Of a DNA stretch of 64,000 nucleotides, positions 10,377 through 20,581 are shown in pieces. Every line of letters begins with the position of its first letter. The first letter of the stretch is position 1. The stretch comes from Candidatus Sericytochromatia bacterium (GTDB lineage: Bacteria > Cyanobacteriota > Sericytochromatia > S15B-MN24 > UBA4093), in contig JAKFBU010000027.1 of NCBI GenBank assembly GCA_036676985.1, forward strand, positions 224,001 through 288,000. The letters are read 5' to 3'. A model generated the notes under the pieces. It was given only the letters and a program-made list of their open reading frames with translations, had not been told where the DNA came from and did not search any database. Made by a program: the position numbers and the translations under genes.

Positions 10377-10406
10377 CGACAAGCGAACCTCCCACGGTTC
10401 CCGAGT

Positions 10407-10437
10407 GGCCCCGCCTGATGTCAGGCGGGGCCTTCTT
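10407..10437 (+). terminator. intrinsic terminator of the YceI gene
   Basis: GGCCCCGCCTGA-TG-TCAGGCGGGGCC followed by TTCTT. Confidence 0.7.
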
Positions 10438-10557
10438 GTCTGAACGGAACAGGGAGCCGGTCTTCGGAGTGAGGGGGCCCATGAGCAAGGCGCCTCGTCG
10501 CGCCTGACGCCCTCTCTGCGGGCGTCGGGGCTTGGAGGCGCCCGCGAGCCGTTCCGG

Positions 10558-11454
10558 TTACACGTACGCGGTCTGGAAGGCGTCCCGGTTGGCCTGGACG
10601 AACTCCGCGAGGGCGCGCGCGGGATGTCCCGCGACGTCCGAGACCGTGCCCGTCAGGCCGGCGCTGCGACCGTCGCGCACCCGGGAAAAGGCCTCGACCA
10701 GGTCATCGGCGAACCAGCCCGGCAATCCGCTCTGCACCAGCGACGAGCGAACCTCCTCGGGAGGCGTCTCCACGCAGCGAATGTCGCGCTGCAGCCCCTC
10801 CGACAGGATGCGCGCCACGTCCGTGAACGACAGCTCTTCGGGACCCGTGAGCTCGTAGACGCGGTGGGCATGACCCGGCTCGACGAGGGCCGCCACGGCC
10901 ACGTCCGCGATGTCCCGGACGTCCACGAGGGCCACCCGTCCGTTCCCGGGCGGGGCGAAGAAGACGTCCTCGGCCATGACGCTCGGGGCCACGACCAGCA
11001 ACAGGGTCTGCATGAAGAAGCGAGGCCGAATGAAGGTATAGGGGACGCCGGACTCCCGGATCGCCGCCTCGATGGTCCAGTTCCACTGGGCATGGACGAG
11101 GTCGGAGCCGGGCTCGGCCCCCAGATCCGAGATCTTCACGATCTGACGGACGCCGGCACGAGCCGCGGCGGCGATGGCCCGGCACTGGAGGGTGACCTGC
11201 TCGGCGGAGCCCGGCGTCACCAGGAAGAGGCGCGAGACGTCGCGACAGGCCCGCTCCAACAACTCGTCGTCGAGCGTGTCCCAGCAAACGGCGTCCATCC
11301 CGCGGGCCTCGAAGGCCTTCGCCAGGTGTGCGCTCGGCGTCAGCACCCGCAATCGAATCTGGCGCTCGAGCAACCGCGCCATGACCTCTTCGCCGCCGTA
11401 CTGGCCCAGGAGCTCCCCGCCCACGCGCCCCGACGCCCCTATCACCAGAATCAT
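10558..11454 (-). CDS. NmrA-family NAD(P)-binding oxidoreductase
   Basis: ILVIGASGRVG, RPRFFMQ, VDVRDIA, YELTGPE. Confidence 0.92.
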   Translation of the reverse strand: MILVIGASGRVGGELLGQYGGEEVMARLLERQIRLRVLTPSAHLAKAFEARGMDAVCWDTLDDELLERACRDVSRLFLVTPGSAEQVTLQCRAIAAAARAGVRQIVKISDLGAEPGSDLVHAQWNWTIEAAIRESGVPYTFIRPRFFMQTLLLVVAPSVMAEDVFFAPPGNGRVALVDVRDIADVAVAALVEPGHAHRVYELTGPEELSFTDVARILSEGLQRDIRCVETPPEEVRSSLVQSGLPGWFADDLVEAFSRVRDGRSAGLTGTVSDVAGHPARALAEFVQANRDAFQTAYV

Positions 11455-11909
11455 GGGTCACCTCCTCGTAAGGGACGCCGCGCGTCCCGGTGGCAATGCC
11501 GGAGCGCCGTCGGAGGCGCCTGCGTACAGTTGCACGACATGGCTGTATCACGTCGCGATTAGCGCAACTATCCGTTAGCACCACGGATCTTGGCCATGGA
11601 AAGGCGCGATCGACCCTTAAAGTGGGAAATGACGTAGATTTTACGGAACGCTGCCGTTACCTGGGGGCACAGGTGTCTCCATGACGCCACGGGGCACCGG
11701 GTGGCCGCCGCCCCTTGCGATCGCTCCCGGAAGCGGCTCATGAACCACGCGTAGCTTCTCCGCTTGACGCCCGCTACCCTGCACGATAGGTTGGACTATC
11801 ACGGCGCGGCCGGCTCGCCGGACGATCGTCCCTCAGCCGACCTGAAACGCGCCATCGCAAGCTTTGAAGCCCCGACACCCACCGTGTCCTATCAGGGAGA
11901 ACGCACCAC

Positions 11910-13139
11910 ATGCAGAAGATCAAGGTGAAGAATCCCGTCGTCGAACTCGACGGCGACGAGATGACTCGCATCATCTGGAAGTTCATCAAGGAGAAGCTGA
12001 TCCTTCCGTACCTGGACATCGACCTCAAGTACTACGACCTGGGGATCGAGTACCGCGATCAGACCGACGACAAGGTCACGATCGAGGCGGCCGAGGCCAT
12101 CAAGAAGTACGGCGTGGGCGTGAAGTGCGCCACCATCACTCCGGACGAGGCCCGCGTCAAGGAGTTCAACCTCAAGAAGATGTGGAAGTCGCCCAACGGC
12201 ACGATCCGCAACATCCTGGACGGTACCGTCTTCCGCGAGCCCATCATCTGCAAGAACGTGCCCCGCCTGGTGCCGGGCTGGACGCAGCCGATCGTCATCG
12301 GCCGTCACGCCTTCGGCGACCAGTACCGCGCCACCGACTTCGTCGTGCCGGGCGCCGGCAAGCTGACCATGAAGTTCGAGGGCGCCGACGGCAAGGTCAT
12401 CGAGCACGAGGTCTTCACCTTCCCCGGCGGCGGCGTGGCAATGGGCATGTACAACCTGGACGAGTCGATCCGCGGCTTCGCCCGGGCCTGCATGAACTAC
12501 GGCCTCCAGAAGAAGTGGCCCGTCTACCTCTCGACCAAGAACACGATCCTCAAGGCCTACGACGGCCGCTTCAAGGACCTGTTCCAGGAAGTGTTCGACC
12601 AGGAGTTCAAGGCCAAGTTCGACGAGCTCGGCATCACCTACGAGCACCGCCTCATCGACGACATGGTCGCGGCCGCCCTCAAGTGGTCGGGCGGGTTCGT
12701 CTGGGCCTGCAAGAACTACGACGGCGACGTCCAGTCCGACACCGTCGCCCAGGGCTTCGGCTCCTTGGGCCTCATGACCTCGGTGCTCCTGAGCCCCGAC
12801 GGCAAGACGGTCGAGGCCGAGGCGGCCCACGGCACGGTGACTCGCCACTACCGCGAGTACCAGAAGGGCAAGGAGACCTCGACCAACCCGATCGCCTCGA
12901 TCTTCGCCTGGACCCGCGGCCTCTACTACCGCGCCCAGTTCGACGGCACCCCCGAGGTGGCCAAGTTCGCCACCTCGCTCGAGGAGGTCTGCGTCGAGAC
13001 CGTCGAGTCGGGCTTCATGACCAAGGACCTGGCCATCCTCATCGGCCCGGATCAGCCCTGGCTCACGACCAACCAGTTCCTCGACAAGCTCGACGAGAAC
13101 CTCAAGAAGAAGATGGGCCTCGCGGCCACCGTCTCCTAA
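11910..13139 (+). CDS. icd: NADP-dependent isocitrate dehydrogenase (eukaryote-like subfamily)
   Basis: [51 protein letters not shown]. Confidence 0.98.
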   Translation: MQKIKVKNPVVELDGDEMTRIIWKFIKEKLILPYLDIDLKYYDLGIEYRDQTDDKVTIEAAEAIKKYGVGVKCATITPDEARVKEFNLKKMWKSPNGTIRNILDGTVFREPIICKNVPRLVPGWTQPIVIGRHAFGDQYRATDFVVPGAGKLTMKFEGADGKVIEHEVFTFPGGGVAMGMYNLDESIRGFARACMNYGLQKKWPVYLSTKNTILKAYDGRFKDLFQEVFDQEFKAKFDELGITYEHRLIDDMVAAALKWSGGFVWACKNYDGDVQSDTVAQGFGSLGLMTSVLLSPDGKTVEAEAAHGTVTRHYREYQKGKETSTNPIASIFAWTRGLYYRAQFDGTPEVAKFATSLEEVCVETVESGFMTKDLAILIGPDQPWLTTNQFLDKLDENLKKKMGLAATVS

Positions 13140-13152
13140 CCGGTCGTAACGC

Positions 13153-13185
13153 CGAAGGCACCCCCCGGATCGGGGGGTGCCTTCG
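13153..13185. terminator. bidirectional terminator hairpin after icd
   Basis: CGAAGGCACCCCCCG-GAT-CGGGGGGTGCCTTCG perfect stem. Confidence 0.75.
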
Positions 13186-13208
13186 CGTTGGGGCCTTGGG
13201 CTCGCCGG

Positions 13209-14021
13209 CTACGCCGCGGTGCCGAACCGGAAGCTCGAGACCACGATGCCGCCGAAGAAGTCGTCCTGATGGTAGACGCAGGCGCCCGGCTCCGCTTCGG
13301 CCGCGCCGACGACGACCATCAGGGGCAGCAGGTGGTCCTCCTGGGGATGGCATTGGCGGGCGGCGGGCGCCTCGGTCCAGTGCTCGAGCCGCTCGGTCCG
13401 CACGTCCGGCTCCGAGCGGGTGAGGACCTGCTGGAGCCAGCCGTCGAACTGGCGAGAGGGCTCATGGGCCTGCGGGCCGAAGTTGCGGAGGTTGTGGTAG
13501 CTCACGCCGCTGCCGACGATGAGCACGCCTTCTTCCCGCAACGGCGCCAGGGCGCGACCGATCGCCACGTGGACCGCCGGGTCGTAGTCCGCCCTGAGCG
13601 AGAGCTGGACCACGGGGACGTCCGCCTCGGGATACATCACCACCAGCGGCACGAACGTGCCGTGGTCAAACCCCCGGCGCGGATCCTGGCGCGCCTCGAT
13701 CCCGGCGTCCACCAACAGCGACTGCACCCGTGCGGCGACCTCGGGCGATCCCGGGGCGGCATACTTGACGCTGTAGGTATGAGGTGGGAAACCGCCGTAA
13801 TCGTAGATCATGGGCGGGTGTTCGCCCGAGGAGACGGTGACCTCCCGCTCCTCCCAGTGACCCGTGATGACGAGCACCGCCTTGGGGCGCGTCCCCAGCT
13901 CGCGGACCATGGCTTCCAGCGAGGCCTTGAGCTCGGTGAACATGGGAGCCCAGTCTTCCATGTACGGCCAGGGGCCGCCACCATGCGATACGTAATACGT
14001 CGGCAATTTGCTGGACGACAT
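13209..14021 (-). CDS. DODA/YgiD-type (LigB family) extradiol dioxygenase
   Basis: SHGGGP, GHWE, RGFDHG, GSGVSYHNL, HPQEDHLLPL. Confidence 0.93.
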   Translation of the reverse strand: MSSSKLPTYYVSHGGGPWPYMEDWAPMFTELKASLEAMVRELGTRPKAVLVITGHWEEREVTVSSGEHPPMIYDYGGFPPHTYSVKYAAPGSPEVAARVQSLLVDAGIEARQDPRRGFDHGTFVPLVVMYPEADVPVVQLSLRADYDPAVHVAIGRALAPLREEGVLIVGSGVSYHNLRNFGPQAHEPSRQFDGWLQQVLTRSEPDVRTERLEHWTEAPAARQCHPQEDHLLPLMVVVGAAEAEPGACVYHQDDFFGGIVVSSFRFGTAA

Positions 14022-14129
14022 GGGACCTCCTCGCCCGCAAGGGGATGACCCGATGCCTTCGGGCTACGGTCCCACTATAGTACTAGTTAGAACTATCGTC
14101 AAGCAGAGCCGTCCGCTCGGGCTCGGGTC

Positions 14130-14621
14130 TTACGAGCCAAGCCTGCGATACCCCTGGTAGTACAGGAGCGGGTCGTTCGGATCGAGCACGCGCAGCCCGA
14201 TCACCTCTCCGACGAACAACGTATGGTCGCCGCCGTCGTATTCCGCCCACGTGCGGCACGCCAGGTTGGCCATGCCAGTGGCGAGCATGGGGATGTCCTC
14301 GTGCCAGTCGTAGGCGAGCTGGGCCTCGACTTCCGGCGTGCGCTTGCCGGCAAAGTAGTTTGAGAGGTGCTCATGCTCGCTCTTCAGCACCGTGATGCCG
14401 AAGCGCCGGGACTCCTGAAGGAAGCCATGCATGGCGGATCCCTTGCCCACCGACACCAGCACCAGGGCCGGCGACAGCGACACGGACGTGAAGGAATTGG
14501 CCGTCATGCCGACGACCTCCTCGCCCTTGGTCGTCGTGACGACCGTGACCCCGGTGGCGAATGTGCCCATGGCCTTGCGGAAATCGGCACTCTCGAAGGT
14601 GGTGGAAATCGGAGCAGTCAT
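14130..14621 (-). CDS. flavin reductase family protein
   Basis: FATGVTVVT, GMTANSFTSVSLSP, GGDHTLFVG. Confidence 0.95.
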   Translation of the reverse strand: MTAPISTTFESADFRKAMGTFATGVTVVTTTKGEEVVGMTANSFTSVSLSPALVLVSVGKGSAMHGFLQESRRFGITVLKSEHEHLSNYFAGKRTPEVEAQLAYDWHEDIPMLATGMANLACRTWAEYDGGDHTLFVGEVIGLRVLDPNDPLLYYQGYRRLGS

Positions 14622-14953
14622 GAAACGGTCCCTTCTAGGCGGGTAGCGCTGGCAAGCGGCCTCTGTCGTCAGCCCGCCGGCCTTGATGTAAGTGGGGTTG
14701 AGCGTTGGTGCGCCCGAGCAGGCTCAAGCCATCCGAGCGTCCCTGAAATTGTAGCACTCGCCGTGGCGGGCCACACCATTTCCACAGCCCACAGCTGATG
14801 ACCGGGACTTCATCTCCCGGCCCGATCAGACACCGACCAGCTCCTCACAGACCCGACTGCCTGGGCATGGGCGGGAACTTCCGAGCCATCCCGGCGGTCA
14901 TGAGCTGAAAGCGGCGAGCCAGGGCTCGCAAAGCAACGGAGCGAGGAGGGACC

Positions 14954-15304
14954 ATGGGTATCGACGGCCTTTCGGGTGGGGGCATGCGCTCGCTGCAGGC
15001 CTGGCAAGTTCGGCGCGAGGCCAAGCAGGTCGCGGAGCCTGATCCCCGCGAGTTCATGGAGTTGGTGGCCGACGTGCCGGGCATGGAGGCGCCGGGCGGC
15101 ATGAGCGGGGTAGCGGCGCTGGAGGCTTCGCGTCGGCTCGAAGAGCTCCGGAAGACCACCATCCCGGACGTGGCGGCGATCGACCAGGCAGGTCTGAGCC
15201 AGCACAACTTCGTCAACCTCGAGATGCAGACGCTGCCCAAGCTCTGGCAGGACGACAACCAGGTCCGCTCGCGGACCCTCCGGGACATGCTGGACGGTCG
15301 ATGA
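14954..15304 (+). CDS. hypothetical protein
   Basis: GAGGAGG RBS, plausible codon usage. Confidence 0.6.
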   Translation: MGIDGLSGGGMRSLQAWQVRREAKQVAEPDPREFMELVADVPGMEAPGGMSGVAALEASRRLEELRKTTIPDVAAIDQAGLSQHNFVNLEMQTLPKLWQDDNQVRSRTLRDMLDGR

Positions 15305-15381
15305 ACAGCCTGGATGGCTGGTCACACCTAGAAGGGTCGGACCGGGGCCCAAGGGCCCGGATGCATGGCTGAGCCTCACGC

Positions 15382-15411
15382 TTGACATGCAAGTCACGGC
15401 TTGCATATTAT
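15382..15411 (+). promoter_or_regulatory. sigma70 promoter with overlapping ArsR-type operator
   Basis: TTGACA (15382) and TATTAT (15406) with palindrome ATGCAAG-N6-CTTGCAT at 15387-15406. Confidence 0.7.
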
Positions 15412-15433
15412 GGACCAGGAGATCTGCTGGAAG

Positions 15434-15727
15434 ATGCCTGATCCTGATGACGACGTATACCGAGCCATTGCCGACCCGACCCGCCGAGCCCTCATGGACG
15501 TGCTCAGCGAGCGCGGGGGGCAGACGTTGTTCGAACTATGCTCCCGGCTGGTCATGCAGCATGGGGTCAGTTCGACGCGACAGGCCATCTCCCAGCACCT
15601 GGAGGTGCTGGAGGCCGCGGGCATCGTCGTGTCCAAGCGTGAAGGCCGGACGAAGCTCCACTGGTTCGACGGCGCACCGCTCAGACACATCCTGGAGCGG
15701 TGGCCCATCCCCCCTCGACAGGAGTGA
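15434..15727 (+). CDS. ArsR-family HTH regulator
   Basis: YRAIADPTRR, RQAISQHLEVLEAAG, REGRTKLH. Confidence 0.92.
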   Translation: MPDPDDDVYRAIADPTRRALMDVLSERGGQTLFELCSRLVMQHGVSSTRQAISQHLEVLEAAGIVVSKREGRTKLHWFDGAPLRHILERWPIPPRQE

Positions 15728-15730
15728 CCC

Positions 15731-16123
15731 ATGAGAATCTACGTAACCTCGGTCTTCGTGGACGACCAGTCCAAGGCGCTCACCTTCTACACCGACGTCC
15801 TCGGGTTCCGGAAAAAGCACGACATTCCGCTCGGCGAGCACTCGTGGCTCACGGTGGTGTCCCCCGAGAATCCGGAAGGGACGGAATTGCTGCTCGAGCC
15901 CGACGTCCACCCGGCGGCGAGGGCGTATAAGCAGGCACTCGTGGAGGACGGCATCCCCTGTGCCTCCTTTGCGGTCGACGATGTTCCGGCGGAGCACACC
16001 CGGCTCTCGGGGCTGGGCGTACGCTTCACCCAGCCCCCACTCGACATGGGGAACGTCGTGACGGCGGTCTTCGATGACACGTGCGGGAACTTGATCCAGA
16101 TCGTCCAGATGAAGGCGGCCTAA
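15731..16123 (+). CDS. VOC/glyoxalase family protein
   Basis: VFVDDQSKALTFYTDVLGF, FDDTCGNLIQI. Confidence 0.95.
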   Translation: MRIYVTSVFVDDQSKALTFYTDVLGFRKKHDIPLGEHSWLTVVSPENPEGTELLLEPDVHPAARAYKQALVEDGIPCASFAVDDVPAEHTRLSGLGVRFTQPPLDMGNVVTAVFDDTCGNLIQIVQMKAA

Positions 16124-16490
16124 GGGAGCCAGCGAATTGGGTGAGCGGCGGCAGATGAAGGCGGCAACGCCGTGAATTCGCCCGTACGCTGAGCACGAAA
16201 CAGCAAGGGAGCCTGGTGGATGACCCACCGGGCTCCCTTGTTGTTCGTGCGCTTGCCGGGAGGGTCTGGGATCTCGACTTACCCCAATGCTGTCGACTAT
16301 GGGTCCTGGCGTCCCATTCGGAATCAAGCGGGCTCAATGGAGGAAGGAGAGCTAGGCAGTTCCAGAAGGGCACTAGCGACGCTGGGTAACAGGAACGTCA
16401 TTCATCCTGATATTGTTCCGGGTCCTGGATCGGCCCTAGAAAGGGGGAGGTTGCGGGAGCAACGAGGCAACGCTCGACAAGGACAGAGGG

Positions 16491-17954
16491 GTGAGCATGA
16501 GAAGAGGAAGGATACGTCTGCTTGTTTTGTCTGCGGCGTTCGCCGGGATCGTGTCCTGCGCCGTTAGCACGGCATGGCCTACCGCCGCGTCCTACAGGCC
16601 GGCGTCCGCCTCGGCATCGCCGACCTCGACTCCCATCGAGACGATTGGATCCTTCGAGGACGTGGTGGTCGATGGAAACGTCACCGATTCCTATTTCAGC
16701 CTGGCGGTCGACATCAACAAGGACGGAAGGTTCGACATCGTCAAGCTGAATCTGGGGCTCGCTGCCGGGGCACGAGGGCCGAACGATCCTCCGCAGGACC
16801 AGCCGGGCCAGATCGTGTGGTACGAGAATCCGAGCTGGAAGAAGCGTGAGATAGCGAGCCTGTCCGTTCCGGTCAGCATGCACCATGCGGATGTAGACGG
16901 TGACGGCTACCAGGACCTGGTCGTGGGTGACCAATATGGGCTTTGCATCTTCAAGTGCAAGCCAGAGAACGGGCGCATCGCATGGTTACGGAACCCCGGA
17001 GCGAACGCCAGCGCGACCTGGAGCCTCCACCCCATCGGGCACCTGATGGCGGTTCATCGCCTGAGGTTTGGTCACTTCACGCAGGACCGGTCACTAGAGC
17101 TCATGGCGTTTCCAGTTGTCGGCGGTACGGATGGTGACGTGCATGCGCCGCTGAAAGTCTTGCTGTTTTCCAGGCCGAGCAACGTCCTCGATGCCAAGCA
17201 GTGGCCAAGCACCATCGCAAACGACACGGTGCGAGCCATGCACGGTGAAACGGTCGGCAAGTTCTCAGGAACGGGCTCGCGCCTCGATTCCGTCCTGCTG
17301 GCAAGTGAAGAAGGCATTTCCCTGCTGCGGTACTTGCCCAACGGAACGTGGGCCACGACCAACATCGCACAAGGAGAGCCGGCAGACACGACCTCGCGGA
17401 ATCCGATCCAATGGAAGGGGAGTGGTGACGTGGACGTGGGCAAGGTCGGCGCGGACAACACGGCCTATATTGTCGCGCTGGAGCCCTTCCACGGGAAAAA
17501 GCTCGTCGTGTACACGAAGGCTGACCAACCTCAGGTGGATCCGAATAACCCGATCGGGAGCGCCCGATGGACCAGAAGGGTCCTCGATACCTTTGGAACG
17601 ACCCAACCCAAAACGGATGAGGGCCCGGGCCACCATGTGCTGACCGGCGACTTCGATGGGGACGGAAGCGACGAGTTCCTCGTGGCGTTACGAGGGCCCA
17701 TGCCGACCCAAGGGGTGTATCTGTACAAGGTGGTCGATCTTGCCGCGGGCAAGTTCGTCCGGCAGCGACTTTCCACCATCTCTGCCAGTCGCCTGGCGAT
17801 CGCGGACTTCGATGGCGATGGTCGGCTCGATGTTGCCAGCGTTCCCTACGTGGTGACGACCTTCTTCAAGGCACAAGACCCCAAGGTGATGCTGTATTTG
17901 AATCGCACCCCTCATGCCAGGCCGGCGGTCAGGGCCGACTTCGTGAAGCCATAG
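16491..17954 (+). CDS. secreted FG-GAP beta-propeller, aldos-2-ulose dehydratase N-terminal domain-like
   Basis: signal peptide; WYENPSW, DQYG, WLRNPG, HRLRFGHFT, EPFHG, DGDGSDEFLVA motifs recalled from fungal AUDH. Confidence 0.8.
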   Translation: MSMRRGRIRLLVLSAAFAGIVSCAVSTAWPTAASYRPASASASPTSTPIETIGSFEDVVVDGNVTDSYFSLAVDINKDGRFDIVKLNLGLAAGARGPNDPPQDQPGQIVWYENPSWKKREIASLSVPVSMHHADVDGDGYQDLVVGDQYGLCIFKCKPENGRIAWLRNPGANASATWSLHPIGHLMAVHRLRFGHFTQDRSLELMAFPVVGGTDGDVHAPLKVLLFSRPSNVLDAKQWPSTIANDTVRAMHGETVGKFSGTGSRLDSVLLASEEGISLLRYLPNGTWATTNIAQGEPADTTSRNPIQWKGSGDVDVGKVGADNTAYIVALEPFHGKKLVVYTKADQPQVDPNNPIGSARWTRRVLDTFGTTQPKTDEGPGHHVLTGDFDGDGSDEFLVALRGPMPTQGVYLYKVVDLAAGKFVRQRLSTISASRLAIADFDGDGRLDVASVPYVVTTFFKAQDPKVMLYLNRTPHARPAVRADFVKP

Positions 17955-17969
17955 GGTTCTCCGCCGTAC

Positions 17970-18010
17970 CAAAAAAGGGGCCCAGTAACCCGGAGCGTTA
18001 CTGGGCCCCT
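17970..18010. terminator. strong hairpin/terminator
   Basis: A-tract + AGGGGCCCAGTAAC-loop-GTTACTGGGCCCCT. Confidence 0.7.
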
Positions 18011-18149
18011 AAATACCCGCAACGGGACAGTGATCGAACGTTTGTGGTCCACTTCATCGCGGCCCTGACCGAGCCCGATGCTCCCGCCGGACAGGATGGA
18101 TCTGACTGGCATTCGAGCACTGTGACGGACGAGGTGCTACCATTGCGGC

Positions 18150-19211
18150 ATGTTGCCGACCGCCGCCGCCATCACCCAAGCTCTGCACGCCGAAGGGTTC
18201 CTGCAAGCTGGCGAAGTTGTCGCCGTCGAAGTGGTCGAATCGTTTCAAGCACTTGCCACCGCTGTCTACCGGTGCCGGCTTCGTTATCGCGACGAGACCT
18301 CGCAGGGCATGCCCGAGACCATGATTTGCAAGGTCTATGGCCCCGAGTGGTACCAGCGTGGAGGGTTGCAGGAAGTCCTGGCTTATCGGCAGATCACAGC
18401 GGCACTGCGCCTATCCATCGCCCCCACGCTCTACGGCCTCATCGACGATCCAGCCGCTGAGACCTGCGTGCTCTTGATCGAGGATCTCGAAACTTGCCAT
18501 CAGCCGGTCGCATCGCCCATGGCCGATGCTTGGCTGGACCTCCTCGTGGACACCCTGGCCGACTTCCATGCCCAGTGGTGGGAGGATCCTGTGCTTCATA
18601 CCGCAGCCTTCCTCCAGCCGGAGGACACCGTGATGCGCATGGCGCAGGCGATTTCGCCCCAAGGGATTCAGGCAAACGCGGCATCAGCGAGAATTGCCGT
18701 CTCGCGCTTCCGGTCGGAGTATGGATCTGAGCTCAGCGAGGAAGAAGCTCACCTCCTCGCGCGACTGGACGCTCGATGGGCTGGCGCTTTCATCGAGCGT
18801 ACCGTCGACCAACGTGGCCTGACCCTGCTGCATGGCGATTTTCACCTCCTCGGCAACGTCTTCACCGCCAGGCAACCCGACGCGGTCAGCCCGATCAAAG
18901 TCATCGACTGGGGCCAGGTCAAGCGTGGCCTGGGGCCGCACGACCTGATGTTCGCCTTGCTGTCGGTTGACGCTGTGGACCGCCGAAGCCGTGACCTCGA
19001 GTTGCTGCGGCGTTATCACCAACGACTCCTGGCGCGAGGAGTCAATCACTATGGCTGGGACCAGTGTCTCTGGGACTATCGCTTCTCCCTCCTTACGAAC
19101 GTCTACCAATCGATCTTTCAGGGGAGCTTGCGATGGTTCAGGAGAACGCTCGATGTGGTCGACCTCTGGGAGGCGCAAGAGCTGCTCAATGGGAGCGCGA
19201 ACACGATCTAG
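18150..19211 (+). CDS. APH/ecdysteroid-kinase-like phosphotransferase
   Basis: LLIEDL, LADFHAQWW, TLLHGDFH, VIDWG, G.HDL. Confidence 0.88.
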   Translation: MLPTAAAITQALHAEGFLQAGEVVAVEVVESFQALATAVYRCRLRYRDETSQGMPETMICKVYGPEWYQRGGLQEVLAYRQITAALRLSIAPTLYGLIDDPAAETCVLLIEDLETCHQPVASPMADAWLDLLVDTLADFHAQWWEDPVLHTAAFLQPEDTVMRMAQAISPQGIQANAASARIAVSRFRSEYGSELSEEEAHLLARLDARWAGAFIERTVDQRGLTLLHGDFHLLGNVFTARQPDAVSPIKVIDWGQVKRGLGPHDLMFALLSVDAVDRRSRDLELLRRYHQRLLARGVNHYGWDQCLWDYRFSLLTNVYQSIFQGSLRWFRRTLDVVDLWEAQELLNGSANTI

Positions 19212-19235
19212 CCTGCCGATGCTCGAACGCCCAAC

Positions 19236-19272
19236 GAAAAAGGCCTCGACTCAATTCACTTGAGTCGAGGCC
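19236..19272 (-). terminator. tRNA-Glu terminator
   Basis: GGCCTCGACTCAA-loop-TTGAGTCGAGGCC then TTTTT on the minus strand. Confidence 0.8.
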
Positions 19273-19278
19273 AATTAG

Positions 19279-19350
19279 TACCCCCGACGGGAGTCGAACC
19301 CGTCCTACCACCTTGAAAGGGTGGTGTCCTAACCGATAGACCACGGGGGC
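19279..19350 (-). tRNA. tRNA-Glu (anticodon TTC), CCA not encoded
   Basis: GCCCCCGTGGTCTATCGGTTAGGACACCACCCTTTCAAGGTGGTAGGACGGGTTCGACTCCCGTCGGGGGTA folds as a cloverleaf. Confidence 0.97.
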
Positions 19351-19426
19351 TAGGACGTGCGCCCGTTCAGCGCGCGTTTATCTAAGATAGTACAAATGCT
19401 GGCCAGTTTCAAGCCCATCGAAGCGA

Positions 19427-20008
19427 TCAATCCCGGCTCCTGAGCGGGCGAGGTGGCTCCCCCTGGAACGGAAAGCGATGTAGGACGCTGTATTGCGCCC
19501 CCTGGGGCGCCAGGATCGACCGGTACAGAGCGGCTTGCTCCACCCGCCAGCGGATGGGTTCCACCGCGACCTCCGCGGCGAGGTCCGCGACCCGCAACGT
19601 GGTCCGCGGGTCGCGCGCGAGCGTGATGTGCGGAGAGTAGGGACGCACCTCGGCGAGGAGGCCCAGATCCGCGATCGCCGCGCGCATGGTCTGCTCCAGC
19701 GCATGCAAGCCCTGCGTTAAATCGTCGACCCCCAGCCAGAGCACGCGCGGCTGCCCGCGCCGGGGAAAGGCGCCCAGGCTCCCCAGGCGCAGCTCGAACG
19801 GCGCGAGGACGTGGCTCGCGTCCGACAGGCGTTCGGCCAGAGGAGGCACCGCCTCCTCGGGGACCTCGCCGAAGAAGTGCAGGGTGACGTGCATGTTGGC
19901 GACCGGCTGCCAGCGCTTCACGTCCACGCGCTCGGCGAGCCCCCGCTCCACGCGCTCGATCTCCCGCTGGGCCTCGGGGGCGATCGCCACGGCCGAGAAC
20001 AGACGCAT
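19427..20008 (-). CDS. thpR: RNA 2',3'-cyclic phosphodiesterase (2H family)
   Basis: MRLF start, HVTL and PHITLAR motifs, PRVLWLG. Confidence 0.93.
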   Translation of the reverse strand: MRLFSAVAIAPEAQREIERVERGLAERVDVKRWQPVANMHVTLHFFGEVPEEAVPPLAERLSDASHVLAPFELRLGSLGAFPRRGQPRVLWLGVDDLTQGLHALEQTMRAAIADLGLLAEVRPYSPHITLARDPRTTLRVADLAAEVAVEPIRWRVEQAALYRSILAPQGAQYSVLHRFPFQGEPPRPLRSRD

Positions 20009-20116
20009 GTCGCCTCCTTTGTAGGACGAGCCGAAGCCGCCCCGATTATAAGCGCGCAATGGACGAAGTCAACGCGGCGCGATCGCCCAAAAATGGAGCG
20101 GGGAAAGGAGGGCTCC

Positions 20117-20581
20117 GTGGGGGAATGGTTTCACCGGTTCGCCGTCAAGATCGCCGAGATGACGGGGACGCCGGGCGTGTTCGTCCTGGCGATCGTCATC
20201 ATCGCCATCTGGGGCCTCTCCGGGCCCATGTTCGGCTATTCGGACACCTGGCAGCTCGTCATCAACACGGGGACCACCATCGTGACCTTCCTGATGGTCT
20301 TCCTCATCCAGAACACCCAGAACCGCGACGCCAAGGCGATCCACCTCAAGCTCGACGAGCTCCTGCGGAGCGTCGAGGGCGCGCGCACGAGCCTGGTGGA
20401 TCTGGAAGAAGACTCCGACGAGGACCTGGAAGCCCTGCGTAAGGAGTTCCAGGAGCTGCACAAGCGGTTCAGCGCCGAGATCGGGCATCCCCCCGCGCCG
20501 GAGAAGCCCAAAAAGACCGATCAAGCACCGGAGTCCGGCCAGACACCGGAACCCGAGAAACCCGCGGACGAACAGCCCTAG
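20117..20581 (+). CDS. low-affinity iron permease family protein
   Basis: SDTWQLVINTGTTIVTFLMVFLIQNTQNRD..AIHLKLDEL. Confidence 0.95.
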   Translation: MGEWFHRFAVKIAEMTGTPGVFVLAIVIIAIWGLSGPMFGYSDTWQLVINTGTTIVTFLMVFLIQNTQNRDAKAIHLKLDELLRSVEGARTSLVDLEEDSDEDLEALRKEFQELHKRFSAEIGHPPAPEKPKKTDQAPESGQTPEPEKPADEQP

